Assembly: GCA_041746575.1 (NCBI GenBank)
Contig: JBGTGT010000133.1
Location: forward strand, 32,001-96,000
DNA: 64,000 nucleotides
DNA from: Microcystaceae cyanobacterium
GTDB taxonomy: Bacteria; Cyanobacteriota; Cyanobacteriia; Cyanobacteriales; Microcystaceae
Reading direction: 5' to 3'
Under the pieces are notes generated by a model. It searched no databases, was not told the origin of the DNA, and saw only the letters and a list, made by a program, of their open reading frames with translations. Position numbers and translations under genes: made by a program. Each line of letters begins with the position of its first letter. The stretch's first letter is position 1. This document shows, piece by piece, positions 32,462 to 42,409 of the stretch.

Positions 32462-34025
32462 GCAATTGACGAAAAAAACTTTTTACTCCTTAATTTTTTT
32501 AACAGGAATTGCTATCTGTTTGGGGATCATTTTTAGATTGTCAAATCTCGATTATAAAGTTTTTTGGCACGATGAAATTCATAGTCAATTTCATATCGCA
32601 GGCTATTATTTTTTTGAACTTCATCAAGGTGTTTTTAACGGAAAAATTTTACATCCTCAAGATTTACAGTATTATTTGCATCTCAATCCTCAACGTGATT
32701 TTATTGATACCCTTAAAAGTCTAGCGGTAGATGATCCTCATCATCCCCCTTTGTACTATATTTTTGCTCGATTTTGGTTACAGATATTTGGTGATAATAT
32801 TGCTATTTTAAGGAGCTTTTCTGTCTTTATTAGTCTGTTGATGTTGCCTGTTGCCTATTTTTTAAGCCAAGAAGCTTTCAACAATCAAAAAATTAGTCTA
32901 ATTTTTGTTTCCTTGATTTCCCTTTCTCCTCTATTTGTGTTGTATGCACAAGAGGCAAGAGAGTATTCTTTATGGGGGTTATTGATTCTTCTTTCCTATC
33001 TCTGTTTATTGAAAGCTCTAAAGGTTCAATCCTTGACATCAAGTTTAAGCAATTGGGGATTGTATACCTTAACAATAATCGCGGGACTTTATACGTCTGC
33101 TTTAATGATTTTAGTCATTTTTGCTCAATTTATTTATGTTATTTTAACCACACAATGGACAAAACAACGCGTCTTTTTTTACCCTTTATCTTTATCTCTG
33201 ACAGGATTTGCCTTTTTACCTTGGTTTCTCATTTTTATCAATAACTACGCTGTTTATAAAGCGGCTAACGCTTGGATGTCTGAGACGATGATATCATGGC
33301 AAGAAATACTACAAAAAATTAGTATTAACCTTAGTCGTTTATTTCTTTTGATTAATCCGGATAGTCGTTTAGATATAATGATGATGCTAATCATTCCTCT
33401 TGTATCATTAATACTTTATGCCATTTATTATTTAATAACTCACCACGCAACTTATCCCTCTAAAATATTTTTATTAACCTTTGCATTTATGCCATTTTTA
33501 GGATTATTATTACCTGATTTACTTTTTGGAGGGATCCGTTCTATCATTCCTCGTTATTTAATTCCTACTTGGCTAGGATTATTATTTATTTTATCTTATA
33601 CCTTAGGTTTATTCTCTGAGAAAAAAACAGGTCAACAAATTTTAGGATTACTCTTATTTTTCAGTATTATCTCTAATATTATCAATCTTCAATCAGATAC
33701 TGCATGGACGAAAGATATTAATTACCAATTGCCTCAAGTCGCCCAATTAATTAATGATAGTTCATCTCCTCTCGTAGTTGGCGATGATAAAAGTTACCAT
33801 CCCGGCACATGGTTTGCCTTAAGTTATTTGCTTGATTCTGATGTAAAATTACAATTACTCTCGAATACAGAAAACTATCAACTGCCCTCCTCTTTCAAAA
33901 CAATTTATTTGCTGAATCTCCCCGATGAATTTAAGCTCAACTTGCAACCTTATCAAACTTCGACTTTTGAAAAAGTCTTTCAAAATGATGCACTCTGGTT
34001 ATGGAAAATTGTAAGAAAACAGTAA
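32448..34025 (+). CDS. Glycosyltransferase family 39 (PMT-like) membrane protein
   Basis: 'FWHDE', 'HPPLYY', 'YAQEAREYSL' and many TM helices; ATG at 32448 overlaps the dnaB end. Confidence 0.85.
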   Translation, partial: AVTIKQLTKKTFYSLIFLTGIAICLGIIFRLSNLDYKVFWHDEIHSQFHIAGYYFFELHQGVFNGKILHPQDLQYYLHLNPQRDFIDTLKSLAVDDPHHPPLYYIFARFWLQIFGDNIAILRSFSVFISLLMLPVAYFLSQEAFNNQKISLIFVSLISLSPLFVLYAQEAREYSLWGLLILLSYLCLLKALKVQSLTSSLSNWGLYTLTIIAGLYTSALMILVIFAQFIYVILTTQWTKQRVFFYPLSLSLTGFAFLPWFLIFINNYAVYKAANAWMSETMISWQEILQKISINLSRLFLLINPDSRLDIMMMLIIPLVSLILYAIYYLITHHATYPSKIFLLTFAFMPFLGLLLPDLLFGGIRSIIPRYLIPTWLGLLFILSYTLGLFSEKKTGQQILGLLLFFSIISNIINLQSDTAWTKDINYQLPQVAQLINDSSSPLVVGDDKSYHPGTWFALSYLLDSDVKLQLLSNTENYQLPSSFKTIYLLNLPDEFKLNLQPYQTSTFEKVFQNDALWLWKIVRKQ

Positions 34026-34052
34026 ATTAGAGCATAAAAAGATATCTTAATA

Positions 34053-35567
34053 ATGATGAACGGAAAGGTCTATCTTGTCGGTGCTGGCATTAAAACAATT
34101 GATGCTTTAACCCTAAAAGCAAAACAGTTGCTTTCGACAGCAGAAGTCTTAATTTATGATGATCTAATTGATACCCAAATTCTCAACTTAATCCCCCCTC
34201 ATTGCTTACAAATCTACGTCGGAAAACGCGGTGGTCAACCCAGCACTCCCCAGACAACCATTAATAAATTATTAATTTATTATTGTCAACAGGCAAAACA
34301 AGTCATTCGCCTAAAAAGTGGTGATCCGTTTGTTTTTGGACGCTCTGAGTCCGAAATTACTGCTTTGACTCAAGCGAACTGTCCTTACGAAGTTATTTAT
34401 GGGATTTCTTCTGCCTTAGCTGCTCCTCTGCTTGCCGGAATTCCCCTAACCCATCCTTCCCTTAGTCGTAATTTTACCGTCCTCAGTGGACATCAACCCG
34501 ATGCGTTAAACTGGAGAGCATTAGCGCAGTTGGATACCCTAATTATCTTAATGGGGGGACGCACCTTACCCCAAATTATCGCTTATTTGAGCCAGAATGG
34601 GCGATCGCCAGCGACCCCTATTGCTATCATTCGTAACGCAGGCAGTCCACAGCAACAAGTCTGGATGGGAACACTAACAGATATAGTAGATCAAGTCAGG
34701 GATATTGCCCTTTCCCCGGCGGTTATTATTATCGGTGAAGTCGTCACCCTACGAAAAATGTCTTCTCTTCTCCCCTTAACGGGTAAAACAGTCTTAGTTA
34801 CGCGTACTGCTGAGCAGTCAAGTCAATTTACCCATTTATTGCGGCAACAAGGCGCAACTGTCCTTGAAATGCCTGCTTTGGAAATTGTCCCTCCGTCAAC
34901 TTGGCAACCGTTAGATGAGGCGATTGCTAAATTATCCACCTTCCAATGGTTAATTTTAACATCCGCAAATGGGGTCAATTTTTTCTTTCAACGCTTAACA
35001 ACCCTCGGCAAAGATAGTCGTTATTTAGGGCAAATTAAAATCGCGGTGGTAGGCAAAAAAACTGCATCGATTTTAGAAAAGTATGGCATTAAACCTGATT
35101 TTACTCCTCCCAATTTTGTAGCGGATTCTTTAGTCGAAAGCTTTCCTGCAACCATCGGAAATTTAAAAATTTTATTTCCTCGTGTGGAATCAGGTGGTAG
35201 AGAAATATTGGCACAGAAATTCAGTGAAAAAGGTGCAAATTTCGTTGAAGTTCCTGTTTATCAGTCAGTTTGTCCCCTAAATATTAACCCTCAAGCATGG
35301 CAAGGATTACACAATAAACAAGTTGATATGATTACCTTTGCCAGTTCTAAAACCGTACAAAATTTCGTGAATTTATTACAGCAAAAGTTATCATCTTTGC
35401 CCCCTTTAACTTTAACAGAATTACTCAATAATGTATTGATTGCTTCTATCGGCTCCCAAACCTCAAAAACCTGTCAAGCTTTATTGGGAAGAGTCGATAT
35501 TGAAGCAACAGAATACACCTTAGAAGGGTTAACCACCGCAATTGTTGATAGTCAATCTCCTTCTTAA
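34053..35567 (+). CDS. cobA: Uroporphyrinogen-III C-methyltransferase / uroporphyrinogen-III synthase fusion (CobA-HemD)
   Basis: 'VYLVGAG', 'RLKSGDPFVFGR', then HemD motifs 'VLVTR', 'LTSANGV', 'TFASSKTV'. Confidence 0.93.
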   Translation: MMNGKVYLVGAGIKTIDALTLKAKQLLSTAEVLIYDDLIDTQILNLIPPHCLQIYVGKRGGQPSTPQTTINKLLIYYCQQAKQVIRLKSGDPFVFGRSESEITALTQANCPYEVIYGISSALAAPLLAGIPLTHPSLSRNFTVLSGHQPDALNWRALAQLDTLIILMGGRTLPQIIAYLSQNGRSPATPIAIIRNAGSPQQQVWMGTLTDIVDQVRDIALSPAVIIIGEVVTLRKMSSLLPLTGKTVLVTRTAEQSSQFTHLLRQQGATVLEMPALEIVPPSTWQPLDEAIAKLSTFQWLILTSANGVNFFFQRLTTLGKDSRYLGQIKIAVVGKKTASILEKYGIKPDFTPPNFVADSLVESFPATIGNLKILFPRVESGGREILAQKFSEKGANFVEVPVYQSVCPLNINPQAWQGLHNKQVDMITFASSKTVQNFVNLLQQKLSSLPPLTLTELLNNVLIASIGSQTSKTCQALLGRVDIEATEYTLEGLTTAIVDSQSPS

Positions 35568-35591
35568 CCTGTCCTTTTTACGACGTGTCAG

Positions 35592-36398
35592 CTACGATTC
35601 AAGACGCTTAAGATATTGCAGAAATTCCACCAATTCTTCATCGGACAATAATTGACGCGATCGCTTACCATAGGTTTGAATGAGGTAATTCCGTCCTTGC
35701 TCCTGTGTCCAACCTAACCGTTTTAATTCCACATTCGTTTCGGCAATAACGTCAGAAAAGTCCATCGGTTGCGAGAAATCAAGAGGAGGGGTTACCGCCT
35801 CAGCCGTTTCGCTTGTTTCTACCTCAATTTCAGGTTCTGCTGTTTCTTCAAAGCTCAAAGGTTTTTCTAAAGTGATTTCAAGATTTTTAGCCGCTAATCC
35901 ATTTTTTTCTGATGCTGTCTTCGTCTCTGTCTCTGAAGGTTTAACTTCTTCCTGTGCAGTTTCGGCTTCAACCTCTGGGGAGGGAGGAGAATCAACTGCA
36001 GTTTCTTCAGATAATTGAACAATTTCTAAAGTTTCTTCAGATAATTGAACAATTTCTAAATCTTCTTTTTGAGAAGAATGACTGGATTTAGTGGATTTTT
36101 TCTTTTTTTCTGGCCCAGACGTCGGTAAAAGTTCAGGGAGAGAGGGGGCATCTGGTTCAACCGTCGTCGGAAGAGAAGTGGGTTGAGAAAGCGGAAAAGT
36201 GAGATCTAACGTTTCTAATGCTCTTTTTCGGGCTTTGTCCTCTGCTTCTTCGAGCATTCTAGCGGCTGCTAGCCCAGTCCCTAATGTAAGGCCTTGATTT
36301 TGCACTGAAACTCGAACCACATATTGACCAGCATCAATGGTCAGCAGTTCACTGATTAAACTTCCTTGAGGATAACATTGACGAAATTGAGTAAGCAT
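35592..36398 (-). CDS. Conserved cyanobacterial hypothetical protein: folded N-domain, acidic/Pro linker, helical C-domain
   Basis: Start taken at ATG 36398 (MLTQFRQCYPQGSLISEL); C-terminus 'ELKRLGWTQEQGRNYLIQTYGKRSRQLLSDEEL'. Confidence 0.8.
   Translation of the reverse strand: MLTQFRQCYPQGSLISELLTIDAGQYVVRVSVQNQGLTLGTGLAAARMLEEAEDKARKRALETLDLTFPLSQPTSLPTTVEPDAPSLPELLPTSGPEKKKKSTKSSHSSQKEDLEIVQLSEETLEIVQLSEETAVDSPPSPEVEAETAQEEVKPSETETKTASEKNGLAAKNLEITLEKPLSFEETAEPEIEVETSETAEAVTPPLDFSQPMDFSDVIAETNVELKRLGWTQEQGRNYLIQTYGKRSRQLLSDEELVEFLQYLKRLES
36001..36060. repeat. Perfect 30-bp tandem duplication inside the CDS
   Basis: GTTTCTTCAGATAATTGAACAATTTCTAAA x2, encoding LEIVQLSEET twice on the minus strand. 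Confidence 0.95.
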
Positions 36399-36902
36399 AG
36401 GAATAACAAATAGTCTTTCTGTACTAAATTGTAGGGCAAAAAGGAGACATTTGGACAAAAAACTTGAGTCCGAGATCACAAAAAATTACAGTAAAAGGGA
36501 GATTTCTTGATAGAATAAACAGTTAGAGATCGTCAAGGGATTTGCGGGAGCGAGAAAACTGTTCTCATCTTAGCAATTTAAGGTCAACAATCCGGAATGA
36601 TACCTATACGGCAAGTTGTTTGCGGAATCGGTTCCGTCCTTCCAAGTCAACACCTTACTATTATTTAGGATTGCGCCTACTGATTATCCCGTTGACCTTT
36701 GCCTTTTGCTTGTTTAACTATCAGGGAATCGGGAAATTTTAGCCAGTCAATCTACATTGAGTCAAGTTTTCCTGTTGATTTTATCTTCAACTATGCTTTT
36801 AATTACACGTAAATTTTGGCTTAAAAGCAGGTTATCTCGCTTAATTTCCAAATTCTTATTTATTTTATCAACCTCAGTGATTGAGACAAAGGATTACGAT
36901 AC

Positions 36903-39146
36903 ATGGAATTTTCAATCGCCACACTCTTATCCTACTTCAGCGATGACAAATTGGTCGCAGGAAAGATCCTCGAAAAAAAACTCGGTTGCGAGGATGAACA
37001 AAGTATCGAAGCCTTACAAATTGTGCTAGATGCTTTAGAAAGAATTGGGATTCTCACGAAAGAACGGGGCAAATACCGTCGAATTTATCCAGAAGGGATT
37101 GTAGAAGCAAAGTTACGCTGTTCGAGTAAAGGATTTTGCTTTGCCATTCAGGATATCGAAGATGCCGAAGACATCTACGTCAGAGAAAGTTATCTCAGTC
37201 ACGCTTGGAATGGCGATCGCGTTTTGGTCAAAGTCATCAAAGAAGGCAGTCGTCGTCGTTCCCCCGAAGGAGAAGTTGTATTAATTCTAGAGCGGGCAAA
37301 TCCTTCTTTATTAGCGCAAGTAAAACAAGAAAACACTGATTTTCATGCCGTGCCTCTTGATGACCGTCTTTTGTTTGAATTAGCTCTAAAACAAAACGGC
37401 GTCAATCTCGATAAAGTGGTCGACCATCTAGTTCATGTTTCCGTCGTTCGTTATCCCCTGGCGGACTTACCTCCTGTGGGGAAAGTCACCCGCATTTTGG
37501 GCAGTGATGCCGAAGAAGCGGCCGATACAGACATTGTCTGCTGTAAACACGATTTACCTCACGAATTTGCCCCAGAAGTCCTGAAAATTGCCGAAAATCT
37601 TCCCACTGAGTTTAGCCCCTCGGATCTCGAAAATCGCCAAGATTTCAGACCGTTTTTTACCTTTACTCTAGAACCTGAATTGACCGAAGGTTTACCCTTT
37701 ATTGAAAATGCCTTCAGTATTGAACACCTCGCAGAACAAGATCAGTGGCAAGTCGCACTACACATTACAGACGTTGCCCATTTTGTGCAACCCCAGACAT
37801 TACTTGACAAAATTGCTAAAAAAAGAGGCACTTCAATTCAATTAGGCGATAAACTCCTACCTTTATTCCCTGATGACGTTATCCGTCGTTGTTCTCTAAT
37901 TGCCAATCAAGATCGCTTGGCAGTGACCATTCAGTTAACCCTCAATCGCAAAGGGGAAACCGAAGAATTTAGCTTTCATCCCAGTATTATTCGGGTTGAT
38001 CAGGGGTTAACCTATCAAGAAGCCCAAAATATCTTAGCTGATTCGGATAAAGCCCCCTCAGACCTTTATCAATGGCTTAATCCCCTTTTAATCAACCTTT
38101 GTCCTCTGATCAAAGCCCAACGGCTACAACGGGGCAGTTTTGACTTGGTTTCAGAAACGACTTTTCCTTATAAAGATGAAGGCCGCTTAGGAACTGTCTT
38201 AAACGACTCTCAATGGCCAATTCGCTCCTTAATTACAGAAATTGCCATTTTAGCAGGCAAGGGAGTGGCCGAACACCTGCAAGCGTTGGAAGTACCCGCC
38301 ATTTATTGCGCTCATCCCGAACCCGATTGGGAAGAATTAGAAGATGTCATTAAATTAGGGGCAAATTTAGGGCTAGAGATCAATTTATCCCCAGAAGAAG
38401 AAATTAAATCCCTCGATTATGCCCGCTTAACCCAAGCCTTCGCTGACATCCCAGCTCAACGAATTTTGAGCTTCATGCTACAAAATACCCTCAGAACGAT
38501 TAAATATAATAGCCATCCTGCCGCTCACTTTGGATTAGCCTATCAAGATGCCTACACCCACTGTGTTTCCCCCGGCCAACGTTATGCTGATTTACGGATT
38601 CAACGGGTGTTAAAATTAATTGCCTCAGAAGGACGCGATCGCCGCACACAGAAGACGAAAATTGGGGTAGATTTACATAGTAGTCGCTGTCACGGCCAAA
38701 TTAACTGGAATGTGCTTCCGCCGGCGATTCAAGAGGAATTACTAGAAGATTTACATCTCCTCATTGCCCATCTGAACGAACGAGAAAAAGTGGCAGAAGA
38801 TGCCGAAAAAGACTTAATGGGCTTGAAAAAAGCGGAAAAAATGAAAGAACGTACCGGAAAAGTCTTCCGTGGCCTGATCACAGGCGTTCAATCCTATGGA
38901 TTCTTTGTCGAAATTGAAGATTTACTGGTGGAAGGATTAGTTCACGTCAGTTCCCTCAAAGATGACTGGTACGAATTTCGTCCTCGCTACAGTTGTTTGG
39001 TGGGGCGCAAAAATCGCATCGCTTACCGTCTAGGAGATGAAGTCGATGTAGAAGTTAAAAGTGTTGATTACTACCGTCAGCAAATTGATCTCGTCACCGT
39101 TGGCGGGGGCAGTTTGCTCAAAACAGATGACTGGGAGGACGAGTAA
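36903..39146 (+). CDS. zam: RNase R/II-family protein, Zam-like, with a degenerate RNB catalytic motif
   Basis: HTH-like N-terminus, cold-shock domain 'KGFCFA...AWNGDRVLV', RNB 'HITDVAHFV', 'HFGLA', C-terminal S1 'GFFVEI...EGLVHVSSL'. Confidence 0.85.
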   Translation: MEFSIATLLSYFSDDKLVAGKILEKKLGCEDEQSIEALQIVLDALERIGILTKERGKYRRIYPEGIVEAKLRCSSKGFCFAIQDIEDAEDIYVRESYLSHAWNGDRVLVKVIKEGSRRRSPEGEVVLILERANPSLLAQVKQENTDFHAVPLDDRLLFELALKQNGVNLDKVVDHLVHVSVVRYPLADLPPVGKVTRILGSDAEEAADTDIVCCKHDLPHEFAPEVLKIAENLPTEFSPSDLENRQDFRPFFTFTLEPELTEGLPFIENAFSIEHLAEQDQWQVALHITDVAHFVQPQTLLDKIAKKRGTSIQLGDKLLPLFPDDVIRRCSLIANQDRLAVTIQLTLNRKGETEEFSFHPSIIRVDQGLTYQEAQNILADSDKAPSDLYQWLNPLLINLCPLIKAQRLQRGSFDLVSETTFPYKDEGRLGTVLNDSQWPIRSLITEIAILAGKGVAEHLQALEVPAIYCAHPEPDWEELEDVIKLGANLGLEINLSPEEEIKSLDYARLTQAFADIPAQRILSFMLQNTLRTIKYNSHPAAHFGLAYQDAYTHCVSPGQRYADLRIQRVLKLIASEGRDRRTQKTKIGVDLHSSRCHGQINWNVLPPAIQEELLEDLHLLIAHLNEREKVAEDAEKDLMGLKKAEKMKERTGKVFRGLITGVQSYGFFVEIEDLLVEGLVHVSSLKDDWYEFRPRYSCLVGRKNRIAYRLGDEVDVEVKSVDYYRQQIDLVTVGGGSLLKTDDWEDE

Positions 39147-39167
39147 GATCAGCGAGCCGTAAACAGT

Positions 39168-39947
39168 GTGCAAAAAGCGAATTACCCTATGAAAAGAACA
39201 TTTTTGTCGACATTTCTGCCTTTTTTTCTGATTATTCTTTTGGGATTAACAGGATGCGTTCGCTATGATGTGGAAATTCAATTCCTAGAACAACATCGAG
39301 GCGAAATTATTCAAAACATCCAGTTAGGACAACAATTGACCAGCTTAAGTGGATTGGAAGCTCGAAAATGGTTAGAAAGTATTGAAAGCAGAGCTAAACA
39401 GTTAAAGGGTTCCGTTAAACACCTGTCAGATTCAGAGATGCAGGTAACGATACCTTTTAGTAATGGTCAAGAAATGGTTGAGAAATTTAATCACTTTTTT
39501 AACCCGACTGCCGATCAAACACAAGGAAAGGCAAAAGATAACATCAATCTGTTACCATTGAAAGCAGAAATGGACTTAGATCAAAGTAATTGGTTGTTAT
39601 TTGAGCGAAATCGTCTTGATTTGACCGTTGACTTGCAAGGATTGGGGGTTTTATCCCAGCAAGGTAATGTCATTTTAAGTCCGGGCGATTTAATTGACCT
39701 TAAATTTGGTTTAAATAGCCCTTTAGGCGCAAAAGCCCTAAGCAACGAGACAGCAGAAACCCTGATCGGCATTAATCAAGGACGGCAAGTCACTTGGAAA
39801 TTGCAACCTGGTCAAATTAATCATCTTGAAACGGTGTTTTGGGTGCCGAGTTATCTAGCATGGGGAACAATTGCCCTTATTTTCTTCTGTATCATGGGCT
39901 ATTTACTGAAACATCGGCAATTTCCGGGGGTTTCTTCTGCAGTTTAA
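39168..39947 (+). CDS. DUF3153-type lipoprotein/membrane protein
   Basis: Lipobox 'LTGC', 'VTIPFSNG', 'WKLQPGQINHLE', C-terminal TM helix. Confidence 0.75.
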   Translation: MQKANYPMKRTFLSTFLPFFLIILLGLTGCVRYDVEIQFLEQHRGEIIQNIQLGQQLTSLSGLEARKWLESIESRAKQLKGSVKHLSDSEMQVTIPFSNGQEMVEKFNHFFNPTADQTQGKAKDNINLLPLKAEMDLDQSNWLLFERNRLDLTVDLQGLGVLSQQGNVILSPGDLIDLKFGLNSPLGAKALSNETAETLIGINQGRQVTWKLQPGQINHLETVFWVPSYLAWGTIALIFFCIMGYLLKHRQFPGVSSAV

Positions 39948-40011
39948 CAGACGATCTGATCCCCTAGCAAAGGCTAGTTATCATAAGTTTATTAAGGATT
40001 GATGAGCGATC

Positions 40012-40821
40012 GTGCCGAAACAACGCCTAGATATTTTATTGGTTGAACGAAATCTTTGTCCTTCTCGTCAACAGGCGCAAAGAATGATTCGTGCCGGAAA
40101 AGTCCGTGTTAATCAACAAATGATTGATAAACCGGCTACCGCAGTCGATAGTGAGGCTATTTTAGGTGTACAAGCCAAACCGCCTTATGTCTCGCGAGGA
40201 GGAGAAAAGCTCAAAAAAGCCCTAGATGTCTTTAAAATACCAATAGAAGGGCGTATATGCCTCGATGGGGGCATTTCTACAGGGGGGTTTACCGATTGTC
40301 TCTTGCAGGCAGGGGCAAAACGAGTTTATGGGGTAGATGTGGGGTATGGCCAAGTCGCATGGTCATTACGGCAAGATGAACGAGTCATTTTAAAAGAACG
40401 AACGAATTTTCGGTATTTGACCCCAAAAGACCTTTATGGAGCTGAACTTAGCGCAAATTTGGGGGTTATGGATCTATCTTTTATTTCCTTAACGAAAGTT
40501 TTAGAATCGCTTTGGCATCTTCTTATTGCGCCCAAAGAAGTTATTTTATTGATAAAACCGCAGTTTGAAGTGGGAAAAGAACAGGTCGGTAAAAAAGGCG
40601 TTGTCCGAAACCCGAAAGATCACGCTCAAGCCATTTTCCGAGTCTTAGAATCGTCTTATGGGTGGGGATGGCACTATCAAGGGTTAGTTTATTCTCCCAT
40701 TAAGGGGCCGGCGGGCAATGTTGAGTATTTACTGTGGCTGAAGGATACTTTTACAAAAAATAGCCCCAATTTAACAGGAATCGAAGGCGTTACCCAAGAA
40801 GCCGTGGGGACAGATTTTTAA
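40012..40821 (+). CDS. tlyA: TlyA family rRNA 2'-O-methyltransferase
   Basis: S4 domain 'KQRLDILL', 'YVSRGGEKL', 'STGGFTDCLLQ', 'LIKPQFE', 'GNVEYL'. Confidence 0.95.
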   Translation: MPKQRLDILLVERNLCPSRQQAQRMIRAGKVRVNQQMIDKPATAVDSEAILGVQAKPPYVSRGGEKLKKALDVFKIPIEGRICLDGGISTGGFTDCLLQAGAKRVYGVDVGYGQVAWSLRQDERVILKERTNFRYLTPKDLYGAELSANLGVMDLSFISLTKVLESLWHLLIAPKEVILLIKPQFEVGKEQVGKKGVVRNPKDHAQAIFRVLESSYGWGWHYQGLVYSPIKGPAGNVEYLLWLKDTFTKNSPNLTGIEGVTQEAVGTDF

Positions 40822-40826
40822 CCGTA

Positions 40827-40899
40827 TCCAGGGTGCAGGAGTTGAACCTGCCTTGCACGAATTATGAGTTCGTTGCCTCAACCGCTCGGCCAACCCTGG
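40827..40899 (-). tRNA. tRNA with CAT anticodon, most likely tRNA-Ile2 (lysidine-modified CAU); CCA not encoded
   Basis: Minus strand CCAGGGTTGGCCGAGCGGTTGAGGCAACGAA-CTCATAA-TTCGTGCAAGGCAGGTTCAACTCCTGCACCCTGGA folds into a cloverleaf; D-arm resembles plastid/cyanobacterial trnI-CAU rather than Met tRNAs. Confidence 0.92.
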
Positions 40900-40972
40900 G
40901 TAAGGGGTATGTCATAATGAAATTCTATTATAACTGAATAGGTGAAAATATCGAGGATTCTGGTTTAATGAT

Positions 40973-41374
40973 ATGGATGAATGGATTCTTTATAAAGAAT
41001 TTCGCTTTGAGGCGGCGCATCGTCTTCCCCATCATGAGGGTAAATGTCGTCGCTTGCATGGTCATAGTTGGATAGGACGAGTTTATGTTAAAGGCAATAC
41101 TTTGCAAAAAGAGGGTAGTCAACAGGGTATGATTTTGGATTATGGAGAAATTAAACAATATTTGCAACCGCTTTTAGACCATTTTTTAGATCATCATTAT
41201 TTGAACAAAACAACAGGTTTAGAAAACCCGACCAGTGAAGCGATCGCTCAATGGATATATGATAAATTAGAATCTCTTAATTTACCGGGTCTTTATGCCG
41301 TCGAAATTCTAGAAACCTGTACCTCGGGTTGTACCTATCGTCAGGTTAAAGATTCTGCTCAAGAAATAAATTAA
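40973..41374 (+). CDS. queD: 6-carboxytetrahydropterin synthase
   Basis: 'FEAAHRL', 'CRRLHGHSW', 'LDHHYLN', 'ENPTSE', 'ETCTS'. Confidence 0.95.
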   Translation: MDEWILYKEFRFEAAHRLPHHEGKCRRLHGHSWIGRVYVKGNTLQKEGSQQGMILDYGEIKQYLQPLLDHFLDHHYLNKTTGLENPTSEAIAQWIYDKLESLNLPGLYAVEILETCTSGCTYRQVKDSAQEIN

Positions 41375-41376
41375 TT

Positions 41377-42324
41377 TCAGGTTTTGATGCCACTTACCTT
41401 AAAAATATCTATTACATTAGAACAATAATTTTTGAGTCCAAAGGTAGCGGGATTAACATATTTTTGGTAAGTAAAGTGACGATAATTAATACAAAAACGA
41501 TCCCATGCGGCCATTTTTAGGTTAAAGACTTTGATAAAAAAGTTTGCTAATCCTAGTGTTAGAGGAATCTGAAAGTAGATAGTTTTATGGAGATATCGGC
41601 AAATCGCTTCTACGGTTTCGTTGGCTGTGAGGGGATTCATTCCTAAGACTAAATCTTTGGATTTTTCCTCAGAAGGAGGATGATTGACTAAATAAGTAAT
41701 CACCGAGGCGATATCTTTAGCATGAATGAAATGAAAACTACCGTCTGCTTTTAGCCAGCGAATTAAGTCTATCCACTTTACCACATCTTTGATTCCTCCA
41801 GATAAATGAGAGTAGGGTTTATTGGTTTCTCCGCCAAAGACTAATGTGGGAAAAACGGTTGTAATTTTTGGGAAAATTTCTAATTGATTGAGTTGGGTAT
41901 AACACTGAAATTTGGTGCGAATATAAGTTGTGCCGATTGCGCCCGCTTCCCTAAGCGGTTGATTATTTTGATCTAAAATACTAGCGGTTGAAAAATAAAT
42001 CACTTGTTCGCATAAATGGGGATCAAGATAATTGATTAATTCTTGCGTTTTAACGACATTAATACGATAGGATTCTTCTTCTCCTCCCCAACTGGTGGCC
42101 GCTAAAATAGCCACCTGAATCGTTTTCAAAAGGTTTTGGTATGGTTCAATATTTTCTAAACCGCCCCGTATAATATGAATTCGAGGATTGGCTTGATAAT
42201 CAAATTGTAATTTATCTAGATTTCTAATCAATAAATAGAGTTCGTGATCGGTTTTTTGAAGCAAATCTTCAACCATATAGTGACCGATACATCCACTCGA
42301 ACCTGTAATAAAAACCTTTTTCAT
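41377..42324 (-). CDS. NAD(P)-dependent epimerase/dehydratase family protein
   Basis: 'ITGSSGCIG' Rossmann motif; 'YIRTK' (YxxxK). Confidence 0.88.
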   Translation of the reverse strand: MKKVFITGSSGCIGHYMVEDLLQKTDHELYLLIRNLDKLQFDYQANPRIHIIRGGLENIEPYQNLLKTIQVAILAATSWGGEEESYRINVVKTQELINYLDPHLCEQVIYFSTASILDQNNQPLREAGAIGTTYIRTKFQCYTQLNQLEIFPKITTVFPTLVFGGETNKPYSHLSGGIKDVVKWIDLIRWLKADGSFHFIHAKDIASVITYLVNHPPSEEKSKDLVLGMNPLTANETVEAICRYLHKTIYFQIPLTLGLANFFIKVFNLKMAAWDRFCINYRHFTYQKYVNPATFGLKNYCSNVIDIFKVSGIKT

Positions 42325-42409
42325 ATTGATAAATTAAAGCAAATTAATACAAAAATTAAGAGAAAACAAGCTTCTAACTGGTACTAGGCAAAATATCCGT
42401 GCTATTTGT

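Noticed and set aside
36542..37029. ORFs 36542-36742 and 36757-37029
   Set aside because: TTG starts, no motifs, and the second overlaps zam out of frame; probably spurious.
40827..40899. tRNA as an integration site for an island
   Set aside because: No duplicated tRNA 3' end or integrase nearby; both flanks are core genes.
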